From positions 96,833 through 160,832 of the forward strand of contig CACKRO010000001.1 of the NCBI GenBank assembly GCA_902602695.1: 64,000 nt of DNA. Reading direction: 5' to 3'. Positions 10,716-19,434 of the stretch are shown here, in pieces; positions within the stretch are counted from its first letter, which is position 1, and each line of letters starts with the position of its first letter. Both the position numbers and the translations under genes were made by a program. Under the pieces are notes generated by a model. That model was given only the letters and a program-made list of their open reading frames with translations, did not search any database and had not been told where the DNA came from. The DNA is from an uncultured Alphaproteobacteria bacterium. GTDB taxonomy: Bacteria; Pseudomonadota; Alphaproteobacteria; HIMB59; GCA-002718135.

Positions 10716-11084
10716 TTGTTTAACATAATGCTTGTAGCAACAGGTGGAGCAACTGGCGCAATATTAAGATATATTCTAACAAACTTAAATAAAACTTTAT
10801 TTATGTCCAGTATTTACGGAACTCTTACGGTAAATATTTTAGGCTGTTTTTTGATTGGATATCTCATAACTTCAGATTTCTCGAAAAACATTAACGAAAA
10901 TTTTGTCAAATTTTTTTTAATAATAGGTTTACTTGGGTCTTTTACTACTTTTTCAGCATTTTCCTTTGAAGTTGTTAATTTAATTATTTCTAAAAAAATT
11001 TTTATAGCATTTATATATATTTCTGTTTCAATATTCGTCTGTATTTTATTTGCATACTTAGGAATGTTAATTAATAAGCTTTAA
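10716..11084 (+). CDS. crcB: fluoride channel CrcB/FluC
   Basis: About 120 aa, four hydrophobic segments. ATGGATGAILRY N-terminus and GLLGSFTTFSAFSFE motif are typical of CrcB. Start is either TTG 10716 or ATG 10728. Confidence 0.8.
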   Translation: MFNIMLVATGGATGAILRYILTNLNKTLFMSSIYGTLTVNILGCFLIGYLITSDFSKNINENFVKFFLIIGLLGSFTTFSAFSFEVVNLIISKKIFIAFIYISVSIFVCILFAYLGMLINKL

Positions 11085-11085
11085 T

Positions 11086-12000
11086 TTGATAAAAAAAATA
11101 AACATTAAAATAGATTATGGAGTTAGGCTTGATAAGTATTTAAAGAACTTATTTAATACACTAACACAAAGTTTTATTGAAAAAAATATAAGAAAGAAAA
11201 ATATTTTAATTAATAACTCTCGGACAAAAGCAAATTATGTAGTTAAATTAAATGATAATTTAATTATATTAAATTTCCATCAAGAACTATATAAAAATAA
11301 AATAGTTTATAAAAAAAATATTAAAATCACAGATTATGATCTAAAAAAATTTAACAAATCAATTATTTTTCAAAATAATGATTTTTTAGTTATCAACAAG
11401 TGGGCTGAGATTGCAACACAAGGAGGTAGTAAAGTAAATGTTTCAATTGACCATATAATAAAAAATATTAACTCCGATTATAGACTAGTTCACAGACTTG
11501 ATAAAGAGACTTCAGGTTTACTTTTGATTTCGAAAAATTTAAAATATGCAAGATATTTTTCAACTCTTTTTAAGCAACATTTAATTACGAAGTTTTACAT
11601 TGCTTTATGTGAGGGAAGTCCTAAAAATAAAAATTCTAAAGTTCATTTAAATATAAAAAATAAAAATCAGGAAATTGAAAAAACTATAACCAATTACATT
11701 ATTATTGGTAACCAAAATAACATAACACAAATTCTATATAACCCTGAAACTGGCAAAACTCATCAATTAAGAAAAGTTTCTAAAAATCTCGGTTGCTCAA
11801 TAATAGGTGATCAAAAATATAATATCAATTCTAAGTACAATAATGAAAAATTAATGTTACATGCCTTTGCTCTAAAATTTACAATTAATGAAGAAAGATT
11901 TAGTTTTATTTCAGAATTACCCAATTATTTTCTTACTTTTATTAAAAAAAATAAATTAAAATTTAAAGATAATTTAGAAAAAGAATTAAATAGTTTTTAA
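11086..12000 (+). CDS. RluA-family 23S rRNA pseudouridine synthase (RluC/RluD-like, with S4-like N-terminus)
   Basis: 304 aa, TTG start. Catalytic motif HRLDKETSGLLLISK and C-terminal GKTHQLRKV. N-terminal RLDKYL S4-like segment. Confidence 0.8.
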   Translation: MIKKINIKIDYGVRLDKYLKNLFNTLTQSFIEKNIRKKNILINNSRTKANYVVKLNDNLIILNFHQELYKNKIVYKKNIKITDYDLKKFNKSIIFQNNDFLVINKWAEIATQGGSKVNVSIDHIIKNINSDYRLVHRLDKETSGLLLISKNLKYARYFSTLFKQHLITKFYIALCEGSPKNKNSKVHLNIKNKNQEIEKTITNYIIIGNQNNITQILYNPETGKTHQLRKVSKNLGCSIIGDQKYNINSKYNNEKLMLHAFALKFTINEERFSFISELPNYFLTFIKKNKLKFKDNLEKELNSF

Positions 12001-12642
12001 TTTTTTTAAAAAAATTTTTTTAAAATCTTCATCAAATTCATTTTGATCTATTTTTATTCCTAATTCATACAATGAAGTATTTGAATATTCTTTTAAACCA
12101 CATGAGTGAATAAATTTGTAATATTCTAAATTAGGATTAATATTAAAACTCATTCCATGATATGTTACCCATTTTTTTACTCTAAGGCCAATAGCGCCAA
12201 TTTTTTTTTCTTTATCAAATGTTATTTTGTTATTCTTAATTACCCAAATACCTACTCTATCTTTAAATGCTCTTGCCTCAACATTATAATTTTTTAAAAA
12301 ATCAATAACAGAATTTTCAATTATAGAAATAAACTTTCTTATATCTTTTTTTTTATTGTTTAAGTTTAACATAAAATAAACAATTCTTTGTCCAGGTCCA
12401 TGATAAGTTGTTTTGCCTCCACGATTTGTCTTTAAAACTTCTATAACATTTGGATCTAATATTTCCTCATTCGAAGCACTTGTTCCTTGAGTGAAGATAT
12501 GATTATGACTAAGAAACCATAGTAATTCTTTGGAATGATTTTTACTTATTTCTCTTACTTTGGACTCCATAAACAACATTGACTCTCTATAACTTATTTC
12601 TTCATTAGATATTTTAATTTCAATCTGATTCATTTCATTCAT
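11986..12642 (-). CDS. lipB: octanoyltransferase LipB
   Basis: 218 aa. RGGKTTYHGPGQRIVY and KIGAIGLRVKKWVTYHG motifs of lipoate-protein ligase B. 15-nt convergent overlap with the pseudouridine synthase gene. Confidence 0.88.
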   Translation of the reverse strand: MNEMNQIEIKISNEEISYRESMLFMESKVREISKNHSKELLWFLSHNHIFTQGTSASNEEILDPNVIEVLKTNRGGKTTYHGPGQRIVYFMLNLNNKKKDIRKFISIIENSVIDFLKNYNVEARAFKDRVGIWVIKNNKITFDKEKKIGAIGLRVKKWVTYHGMSFNINPNLEYYKFIHSCGLKEYSNTSLYELGIKIDQNEFDEDFKKIFLKKLKTI

Positions 12643-12650
12643 ATACTTTA

Positions 12651-12679
12651 TTGATAGTTAATATCCTATCTGATATTTA
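12651..12679 (+). promoter_or_regulatory. candidate promoter for tRNA-Leu (and mgtE)
   Basis: TTGATA (12651-12656), 17-nt spacer, TATTTA (12674-12679), about 15 nt upstream of the tRNA 5' end. AT-rich background makes chance matches likely. Confidence 0.3.
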
Positions 12680-12693
12680 ATTCTACTATATAT

Positions 12694-12780
12694 GCGGCTG
12701 TGGCGGAATTGGTATACGCGCAGCGTTGAGGTCGCTGTGGGATTTATCCTGTGGAAGTTCAAGTCTTCTCAGCCGCACCA
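12694..12780 (+). tRNA. tRNA-Leu (anticodon GAG), type II with long variable arm, CCA encoded
   Basis: Manual fold. Acceptor GCGGCTG/CAGCCGC (7 bp). Anticodon stem CAGCG/CGCTG with loop TTGAGGT. 15-nt variable arm. T arm GGAAG-TTCAAGT-CTTCT. 3' ACCA. It is a GC-rich island in AT-rich DNA. Confidence 0.9.
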
Positions 12781-12786
12781 ATTAAT

Positions 12787-14154
12787 ATGGAAGAAATAAT
12801 AATTAAAAAAGACGATGACAATTCTAATAAATCAATTCGATTAGTAACTGATTATCTAGAAAATTATAAATATGATAACATTTTATCTATTTTAAAAGAT
12901 ATTCATAATGCAGACATAGCAGAAATTCTTCAAAATTTAGACCCAGTTTTAAGATTAAGTCTTCTTAATATAATGGATAAAAATTTTGATCCCGAAATCT
13001 TAACTTATCTGAATGATAGTCTTAGAGAAGAGATAATTGAAACTTTAGATATAAAACAGTTAGCTAATAACGCAAAAAGTTTAGACATAGATGATGCTGT
13101 AGATTTAGCAGAAGATTTAGAAGAAGAAAATCAAAATATTTTTTTAGAAAACCTAGACAAAAAAGAAAGAACTTTAGTTGAAGAAGGTTTAAATTACCCC
13201 GAAGATTCCGCTGGAAGATTAATGCAAAGACGATTTGTTTCTATCGATCAATCATGGAATGTTGGCCAAGCAATTGATTATTTGAGAAATAATAAAGATA
13301 ATTTACCAGAAGATTTCTACGATATTTATTTAATCAATCAAAATAAAGAAGCAAAAGGGATAGTTCCATTAGGAAGATTAATGGGCTCAAAAAGAGAAAT
13401 AGAATTAAATTCAATAATAAATAAAGAATTAAGATTAATTAATGTAAATACAGATCAAGAAGATGTAGCCCTATTATTTAATAAATATGGATTAGTAAGC
13501 GCTCCTGTTATTAACGATCAAAAAAAAATTATTGGCTCGATTACAGTTGATGATGTTGTCGAAGTTATTGAGGAAGAAAGAGAAGAAGATATTTTAAAAC
13601 TTGGAGGAGTAGATCATACCGATTTGTATGAATCAGTTATTAGTACAACAAAATCAAGAATTTCATGGTTAATTGTAAATTTAATGACAGCTGTTGTAGC
13701 TTCAATAGTTATAGGTTTGTTTGAAGCTGCAATAGAAAAAGTAGTTGCTCTAGCTATATTAATGCCAATAGTAGCTTCTATGGGTGCTAACGCTGGTACT
13801 CAAACCTTAACTGTTGCAGTGAGAGCTATTGCAGTTAAAGAACTAACTACTGGTAATGCAATAAAAATAATAACCAAAGAAACTTTAATTGGTGGTATAA
13901 ATGGAATCATATTCGCTATCATAATATCTTTAATTTCTATTTATTGGTTTGAAGATTTGATGTTGGGTTTGATAATAGGTCTTGCTATGATACTAAACTT
14001 ACTAATCGCTGGTTTTTCAGGAATTGCAATTCCACTAGTTTTAGATAAGCTAAAAATTGATCCTGCTTTAGCATCTGCAGTAATTTTGACTACAATAACA
14101 GATGTATTTGGATTTCTTTCTTTTCTTGGATTAGCAACTTTATTTTTAATATGA
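12787..14154 (+). CDS. mgtE: magnesium transporter MgtE
   Basis: ATG at 12787 gives MEEIIIKKDD.... Acidic N-domain, CBS pair region and a C-terminal 5-TM domain with PIVASMGANAGTQ and TDVFGFLSFLG motifs. The track GTG start at 12751 lies inside the tRNA and is rejected. Confidence 0.88.
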   Translation: MEEIIIKKDDDNSNKSIRLVTDYLENYKYDNILSILKDIHNADIAEILQNLDPVLRLSLLNIMDKNFDPEILTYLNDSLREEIIETLDIKQLANNAKSLDIDDAVDLAEDLEEENQNIFLENLDKKERTLVEEGLNYPEDSAGRLMQRRFVSIDQSWNVGQAIDYLRNNKDNLPEDFYDIYLINQNKEAKGIVPLGRLMGSKREIELNSIINKELRLINVNTDQEDVALLFNKYGLVSAPVINDQKKIIGSITVDDVVEVIEEEREEDILKLGGVDHTDLYESVISTTKSRISWLIVNLMTAVVASIVIGLFEAAIEKVVALAILMPIVASMGANAGTQTLTVAVRAIAVKELTTGNAIKIITKETLIGGINGIIFAIIISLISIYWFEDLMLGLIIGLAMILNLLIAGFSGIAIPLVLDKLKIDPALASAVILTTITDVFGFLSFLGLATLFLI

Positions 14155-14177
14155 TCCTGCCTATTTAAGATAAAACA

Positions 14178-15518
14178 ATGCTAAAAAAAAATGATCTAAT
14201 AGATTACTTTTATAAAGGAATCAAAAATAAGAATGATTTACGCATAGGAGTAGAACACGAGAAATTTGTACTAAAAAAAGAAAGTTTACATCAATTATCT
14301 TATGAAGAGCCCAAAGGTATAAAAGAAATTCTTTTAAAATTTGTAGATAAGGGATGGAAACCAAAGTATGATGATAAACATACTACAATAATTGCCCTAG
14401 AAAGATTTGGTGAAAGTATAACTTTAGAACCAGGTGGTCAGATCGAATTATCTGGAGCACAATTAAAAAATATCCATCAAACCTGTACTGAAACTAATAG
14501 ACATTTAAAGGAATTAAAAGACATTGGTGAAGAATTTGGCTTTATATTATTAGGATTAGGCGTTGAACCAAGTTTATCTCTTGATGATTTTCCTTGGATG
14601 CCAAAACAAAGATATTCCATAATGAAAAAATATATGCCTAAAGTTGGTACTCTAGGACATCATATGATGAAACGCACATGTACAAACCAAGTAAATTTGG
14701 ATTATTATTCTGAAGAAGATATGATTACTAAGTATCGATTAATGTTAAATCTTGAAGGTATAGCAACTGCAATATTTGCTAACTCACCTTTTGATCAAAA
14801 AGAAGTTTCAAAATATAAGAGTTTAAGATCTCATTTTTGGCATCACACAGACAAAGATAGAACGGGTTTATTGCCATTTGTTTTTAATAAAGATTTTAAT
14901 TTTGAAAAATATGTGGAGTATGCTCTTGATGTGCCAATGTATTTTATAATTAGAAATTATAAATATATAGATATGACCAATTATACTTTTAGAGATTTTA
15001 TGAAAAATAGTATTTCTAAAGATTTAAATATTGAACCTACTATTGAAGATTGGATAAATCATATATCAACTTTATTTCCTCAAGTTAGATTAAAGCAATT
15101 CTTAGAAATTCGTTCTATGGACGCATGTTCATGGAATTTAATATGTTCTCAGCCTGCTTTTTGGATTGGTATTTTATATAATGATGAAGCTATTGATAAA
15201 ACTAATGAAATTGTTGAGGGTTGGACTCAAAATGATAGAAGTTTAATAAATAACTTAGTCCCAGTAGATGGTTTACAAACAAAATTCAAACATGGCTATC
15301 TGTTAGATATTGCACAAAAATTATTTGAAATATCAAAATCAGGTTTAGAGAAAAGAAATATTCTAGTAAAAAATGAAAAATATAATGAAACATTTTATCT
15401 CAAAGATTTAGAACAAAATCTATCAAATGGCCATTCACCAGCTGATTTATTAGTCAGTAAATATAATGATGAATGGGAAAAAAATATTAAAAAAATATAT
15501 GAGGAAGAAATTTTCTAA
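14178..15518 (+). CDS. gshA: glutamate--cysteine ligase (plant/alphaproteobacterial GCS2 type)
   Basis: 446 aa. RIGVEHEKF, TLEPGGQIELSGA and LFPQVRLKQFLEIRSMD motifs of the GSH1-type ligase. Directly followed by gshB. Confidence 0.85.
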   Translation: MLKKNDLIDYFYKGIKNKNDLRIGVEHEKFVLKKESLHQLSYEEPKGIKEILLKFVDKGWKPKYDDKHTTIIALERFGESITLEPGGQIELSGAQLKNIHQTCTETNRHLKELKDIGEEFGFILLGLGVEPSLSLDDFPWMPKQRYSIMKKYMPKVGTLGHHMMKRTCTNQVNLDYYSEEDMITKYRLMLNLEGIATAIFANSPFDQKEVSKYKSLRSHFWHHTDKDRTGLLPFVFNKDFNFEKYVEYALDVPMYFIIRNYKYIDMTNYTFRDFMKNSISKDLNIEPTIEDWINHISTLFPQVRLKQFLEIRSMDACSWNLICSQPAFWIGILYNDEAIDKTNEIVEGWTQNDRSLINNLVPVDGLQTKFKHGYLLDIAQKLFEISKSGLEKRNILVKNEKYNETFYLKDLEQNLSNGHSPADLLVSKYNDEWEKNIKKIYEEEIF

Positions 15519-16456
15519 TGAAAAAAAGTATAGCAATCCAAATGGATAATATTGAAAAAATTGATTATGAATTCGATACATCTTTTTTAATAGGTTATGA
15601 GGCACAAGAAAGAGGTTATGATATTTTTTATTACAATCCAAAAGATTTATTCATCCAAGAAAATACTATTCAAGCATCTGGATATTATCTAGAGTTATTG
15701 TTAGATGAAAAAAATTATTTTAATTTTAAATCTAATAAAATAATTTCCAAATTGGTAGATTTTCAATTTGTCTTTTTAAGACAGGATCCTCCTTTTGATA
15801 TGAATTATATCACATCGACTTATATTTTGGACTTACTTCCATCTTCAACAATTGTTGTAAATGATCCAACAGCAGTTAGAAATTCTACTGAAAAATTATT
15901 TACATTCAATTTTAAAGAATTCATGCCACCTACTTTGGTAACAAAAGATTTAAAAATTATTGAAGAATTTTTAGATAAAGAAGAAGATATTATAACTAAA
16001 CCACTTTATGGTAATGGTGGAGAGGGAATACATAAATTTGATAAAAATAATTTCAATTTTAAAATATTAGAGGAATATTTACACTTACCTATAATGGTCC
16101 AAAAATTTATCAATGAGATAGAGCATGGTGATAGGAGAATTGTTTTTTTTGATGGTGAATATTTTGGTTCAGTTGCTAGAATACCTCAAAAAGGTAACTT
16201 AAAGGCAAATTTTCATGCTGGCGGTAAGGCAGTTAAAACTGGCTTAGTTTATAGAGATAAAGAAATTATCGAAATTTTGGGACCAAAACTAAAAGAACAT
16301 AATCTATTTTTTGTTGGAATTGATATAATCGGAAATTATTTAACAGAAATAAACGTAACTTCGCCTACAGGATTGAAGCAAATTAATGCATTAAATAATG
16401 TAAATTTAGAAAAAGATTTTTGGGATAAGCTTGAAGCAAAATATAAATTAGTTTAA
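15518..16456 (+). CDS. gshB: glutathione synthetase (ATP-grasp)
   Basis: 312 aa. N-terminal DTSFLIGYEAQERGY, FLRQDPPFD, and an ATP-grasp C-half (GDRRIVFFDG, NFHAGG, LTEINVTSPTG). 1-nt overlap with the gshA stop. Confidence 0.88.
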   Translation: MKKSIAIQMDNIEKIDYEFDTSFLIGYEAQERGYDIFYYNPKDLFIQENTIQASGYYLELLLDEKNYFNFKSNKIISKLVDFQFVFLRQDPPFDMNYITSTYILDLLPSSTIVVNDPTAVRNSTEKLFTFNFKEFMPPTLVTKDLKIIEEFLDKEEDIITKPLYGNGGEGIHKFDKNNFNFKILEEYLHLPIMVQKFINEIEHGDRRIVFFDGEYFGSVARIPQKGNLKANFHAGGKAVKTGLVYRDKEIIEILGPKLKEHNLFFVGIDIIGNYLTEINVTSPTGLKQINALNNVNLEKDFWDKLEAKYKLV

Positions 16457-16479
16457 TTACAATAATTAAAGGGAAATAT

Positions 16480-17046
16480 ATGAACGAAGATAGAATTTTA
16501 ATTAACAAATTAAAAAATTTTGAAAATATTAATTCAAATTTTCTTACAATAACATTGATTTTAGTTGGTTCAATTTTACTAGCGATTTCAGCTAAGGTTC
16601 AAGTACCATTTTGGCCAGTGCCAATGACAATGCAGACATTTGTCATTTTCTTAATAGGAATGACTTATAGTATTAGATTATCTTTTGCCACAGTTGCATT
16701 TTACCTTTTTCAAGGAGCTATAGGACTTCCTGTCTTTGCGACAGGTGGAGGAATTGCTTATTTAGTTGGTCCAACAGCAGGATACCTTTATGGTATGTTA
16801 TTTGCATCAATAGTTATAAGTTACTTAGCAAATTTAGGTTTTTGCAAAACATATTTTAAAGCTGCGTTATCTCTATTAATTGGTTCTGTTGTTATATTCT
16901 CATTTGGTATCATGTATCTTGGTTATATTATTGGTTTCGAAAAAGCATTAACAGCCGGTCTTTTACCATTTATTCCTAGTGAGTTATTTAAAATAGCATT
17001 AGCAGTTGCTCTGATCCCGAATTTGCATAAAATTATTAAAAAATAA
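16480..17046 (+). CDS. bioY: biotin transporter BioY (ECF S-component type, solitary)
   Basis: 188 aa, 6 hydrophobic segments. VPMTMQTFVIFLIGM, GLPVFA.GGG and GYLYG motifs are typical of BioY. Confidence 0.8.
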   Translation: MNEDRILINKLKNFENINSNFLTITLILVGSILLAISAKVQVPFWPVPMTMQTFVIFLIGMTYSIRLSFATVAFYLFQGAIGLPVFATGGGIAYLVGPTAGYLYGMLFASIVISYLANLGFCKTYFKAALSLLIGSVVIFSFGIMYLGYIIGFEKALTAGLLPFIPSELFKIALAVALIPNLHKIIKK

Positions 17047-17052
17047 TTATTA

Positions 17053-17943
17053 ATGAAAATAGGTATTGATGTAGGGGGTACCAAAACTGAGGGCATTATT
17101 CTAAATCCAAATGGATCTGAAATAGATAGAAAAAGAATTAATACTGAAAAAAGTTATGATGGAACTATTAGTGGAATACTTTCCATAATAAATCATTTTG
17201 AGGAAAAACATGGTAAAGCAGAATCTATTGGAATGGGAATGCCAGGAGCCATATCAAATGATACAGCTTTAATTAAAAATGCTAATTCTATATGGTTAAA
17301 TGGTAAACCATTTAAGCAAGATTTAGATAAAATTCTCAACAGGAATATTAATATAGAAAATGATGCTAATTGTTTTACACTTTCTGAAGCAGTTGATGGC
17401 GCAGGAAAAGGTTATAAAGTTGTTTTTGGTGTAATTATTGGAACTGGTGTTGGTGGTGGAATAAGTATTAATCAAAAAGTTATAAGAGGACGTAATAGCA
17501 TAGGGGGTGAGTGGGGGCATATTGTATTACCAGGTAGAACTGAAGAAGAAAAAAAATATGTAAAAAAATGTTATTGTGGAAAAAATGGTTGCTTAGAAAC
17601 TTATATATCTGGGCCAGGATTTTCCTCAACTTACAATTTACGTTTCAATAAAAATTATAATTCCCATCAAATATTAGAAGGTTTTTTTAATAATGAAGAA
17701 AATAGTATTTTTGCACTAAATCAATATATTGATCATTTAGCTAGAGGATTATCTGTTGTCTGTAATATCCTTGATCCAGATGTAATTGTTTTAGGTGGCG
17801 GCATGTCTAATATAGATTTTATTTATGCAAATATAAATGATACTTTAAAAAAATATGTTTTTACGGATACACTTGAAACTAAAGTTGTAAAAAATGTTTA
17901 TGGAGATTCAAGTGGTGTGAGAGGCGCTGCTTGGCTTTCTTAA
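17053..17943 (+). CDS. mak: ROK-family sugar kinase (fructokinase/mannokinase Mak-like)
   Basis: 296 aa. MKIGIDVGGTKTE, NDANCFTLSEAVDGAG, GEWGH, zinc motif CYCGKNGCLETYISG, and ILDPDVIVLGGGMSN...GDSSGVRGAAWL, which closely resembles E. coli Mak as I recall it. Confidence 0.8.
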   Translation: MKIGIDVGGTKTEGIILNPNGSEIDRKRINTEKSYDGTISGILSIINHFEEKHGKAESIGMGMPGAISNDTALIKNANSIWLNGKPFKQDLDKILNRNINIENDANCFTLSEAVDGAGKGYKVVFGVIIGTGVGGGISINQKVIRGRNSIGGEWGHIVLPGRTEEEKKYVKKCYCGKNGCLETYISGPGFSSTYNLRFNKNYNSHQILEGFFNNEENSIFALNQYIDHLARGLSVVCNILDPDVIVLGGGMSNIDFIYANINDTLKKYVFTDTLETKVVKNVYGDSSGVRGAAWLS

Positions 17944-19391
17944 ATACCACCCATTGAAATATATTTTACAGTTAAATAATCATCAAGACCGTAACGAGAA
18001 CCCTCTCTTCCCATCCCAGATTCTTTAACACCTCCAAAAGGAACCTCTGCAATTGTTGGCAATCCATTATTTATTGAAACTATTCCATACTCTAAAGCCT
18101 CAGCAACTCTCCAAATTCTTCCAATATCTCTTGAGAAGAAATATGAAGCTAACCCGTATGGAGTATCATTTGCCATTTTAATAACTTCATCATCACTTGA
18201 AAATTTATATAGTGGTGCAACAGGACCAAATGTTTCTTCGAAAGTTATTTTTGCCCTTCTAGAAACATTAGATAAAACAGTTGGTTGATAAAAATTTCCA
18301 CCACTAGAATGTATATCACCACCAATAGCAATTTTAGCACCTGTATTTACTGCATCTTGAACATGATCAATAACTTTTTCTAAAGATGATTTATCAATTA
18401 GTGGGCCAGAAGTAATTCCATCTTCAAGACCATTACCAACAGTAATTTTACCAACTTCTTCGGTGAATTTTTTTAAAAATTCATCGTAAATTTTTTCGTG
18501 AACAAAAATTCTGTTAGTACAAATACAAGTTTGACCACTATTTCTAAATTTACTTTGCATTGCTCCAGCGACTGCTTCATCCATATCTGCATCATCAAAA
18601 ACAATTAAAGGAGCATGACCTCCAAGTTCCATAGAAACTTTCTTTACAGTTGAAGCACTTTGTTCTAGAAGAATTTTTCCAACTTCTGTTGATCCTGTAA
18701 ATGAAATTTTTCTAACTAAAGAATTACTTGTTAATTCCTTTCCGATTTCACTAGCCGAACCTGTTATTACATTAAACACACCATCTGGGAGACCTGCTTC
18801 CTTTGCAAGTACTGCAACTGCTAAAGCTGAAAAGGGTGTTTGACTTGCAGGCTTTACAACAGTAGTACATCCTACTGCCATAGCAGCTGCGCATTTTCTT
18901 GTAATCATCGAGTTTGGAAAATTCCATGGTGTGATTGCACCTACAACACCAACAGGCTGTTTTATAATCACAATTCTTTTACCTGGTCTTGGGTCTGGTA
19001 TTATATCTCCATATACTCTTTTTGCCTCTTCTGCATAGAACTCAATATATGAAGCACCCATTAATACTTCACCCTTTGCTTCAAACAGAGGTTTACCTTG
19101 CTCAATGGTCATTATTTTAGCTAAATCATCTGCATTTTCTGTGATTAGTTCTCCCCATTTTTTTAAAATAACTGATCTTTCTTTAGCAGTAGTTTCTTTC
19201 CAAGTTTGGAAAGCAGTATTAGCATCTTCTATAGCTTTTTTAGTTTCTGAAACTGAGCATTTTGGAACATTACCAATAATTTCAAAAGAGGCTGGATTAT
19301 TTACCTCAAGAGTTTTACCTGAAGAACTGTCAACCCATTCCCCATTTATAAAACATTTTTCTTTAAAGAGTGATTTGTTATTTAATTCCAT
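17940..19391 (-). CDS. gabD: succinate-semialdehyde dehydrogenase (NAD(P)+), ALDH superfamily
   Basis: 483 aa. ITPWNFP, ELGGHAP and GQTCICTNR catalytic motifs. The N-terminal FINGEWVDSSSGKTLEVNNPA pattern is GabD-like. Confidence 0.8.
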   Translation of the reverse strand: MELNNKSLFKEKCFINGEWVDSSSGKTLEVNNPASFEIIGNVPKCSVSETKKAIEDANTAFQTWKETTAKERSVILKKWGELITENADDLAKIMTIEQGKPLFEAKGEVLMGASYIEFYAEEAKRVYGDIIPDPRPGKRIVIIKQPVGVVGAITPWNFPNSMITRKCAAAMAVGCTTVVKPASQTPFSALAVAVLAKEAGLPDGVFNVITGSASEIGKELTSNSLVRKISFTGSTEVGKILLEQSASTVKKVSMELGGHAPLIVFDDADMDEAVAGAMQSKFRNSGQTCICTNRIFVHEKIYDEFLKKFTEEVGKITVGNGLEDGITSGPLIDKSSLEKVIDHVQDAVNTGAKIAIGGDIHSSGGNFYQPTVLSNVSRRAKITFEETFGPVAPLYKFSSDDEVIKMANDTPYGLASYFFSRDIGRIWRVAEALEYGIVSINNGLPTIAEVPFGGVKESGMGREGSRYGLDDYLTVKYISMGGI

Positions 19392-19434
19392 ATGTTTTAA
19401 TTATAATGCATAGTTTTAAATTAAGGAAAATGTA

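Noticed and set aside
12751-12786. GTG start (12751) for mgtE
   Set aside because: It lies within the T arm and acceptor stem of tRNA-Leu. ATG 12787 is the first start outside the tRNA.
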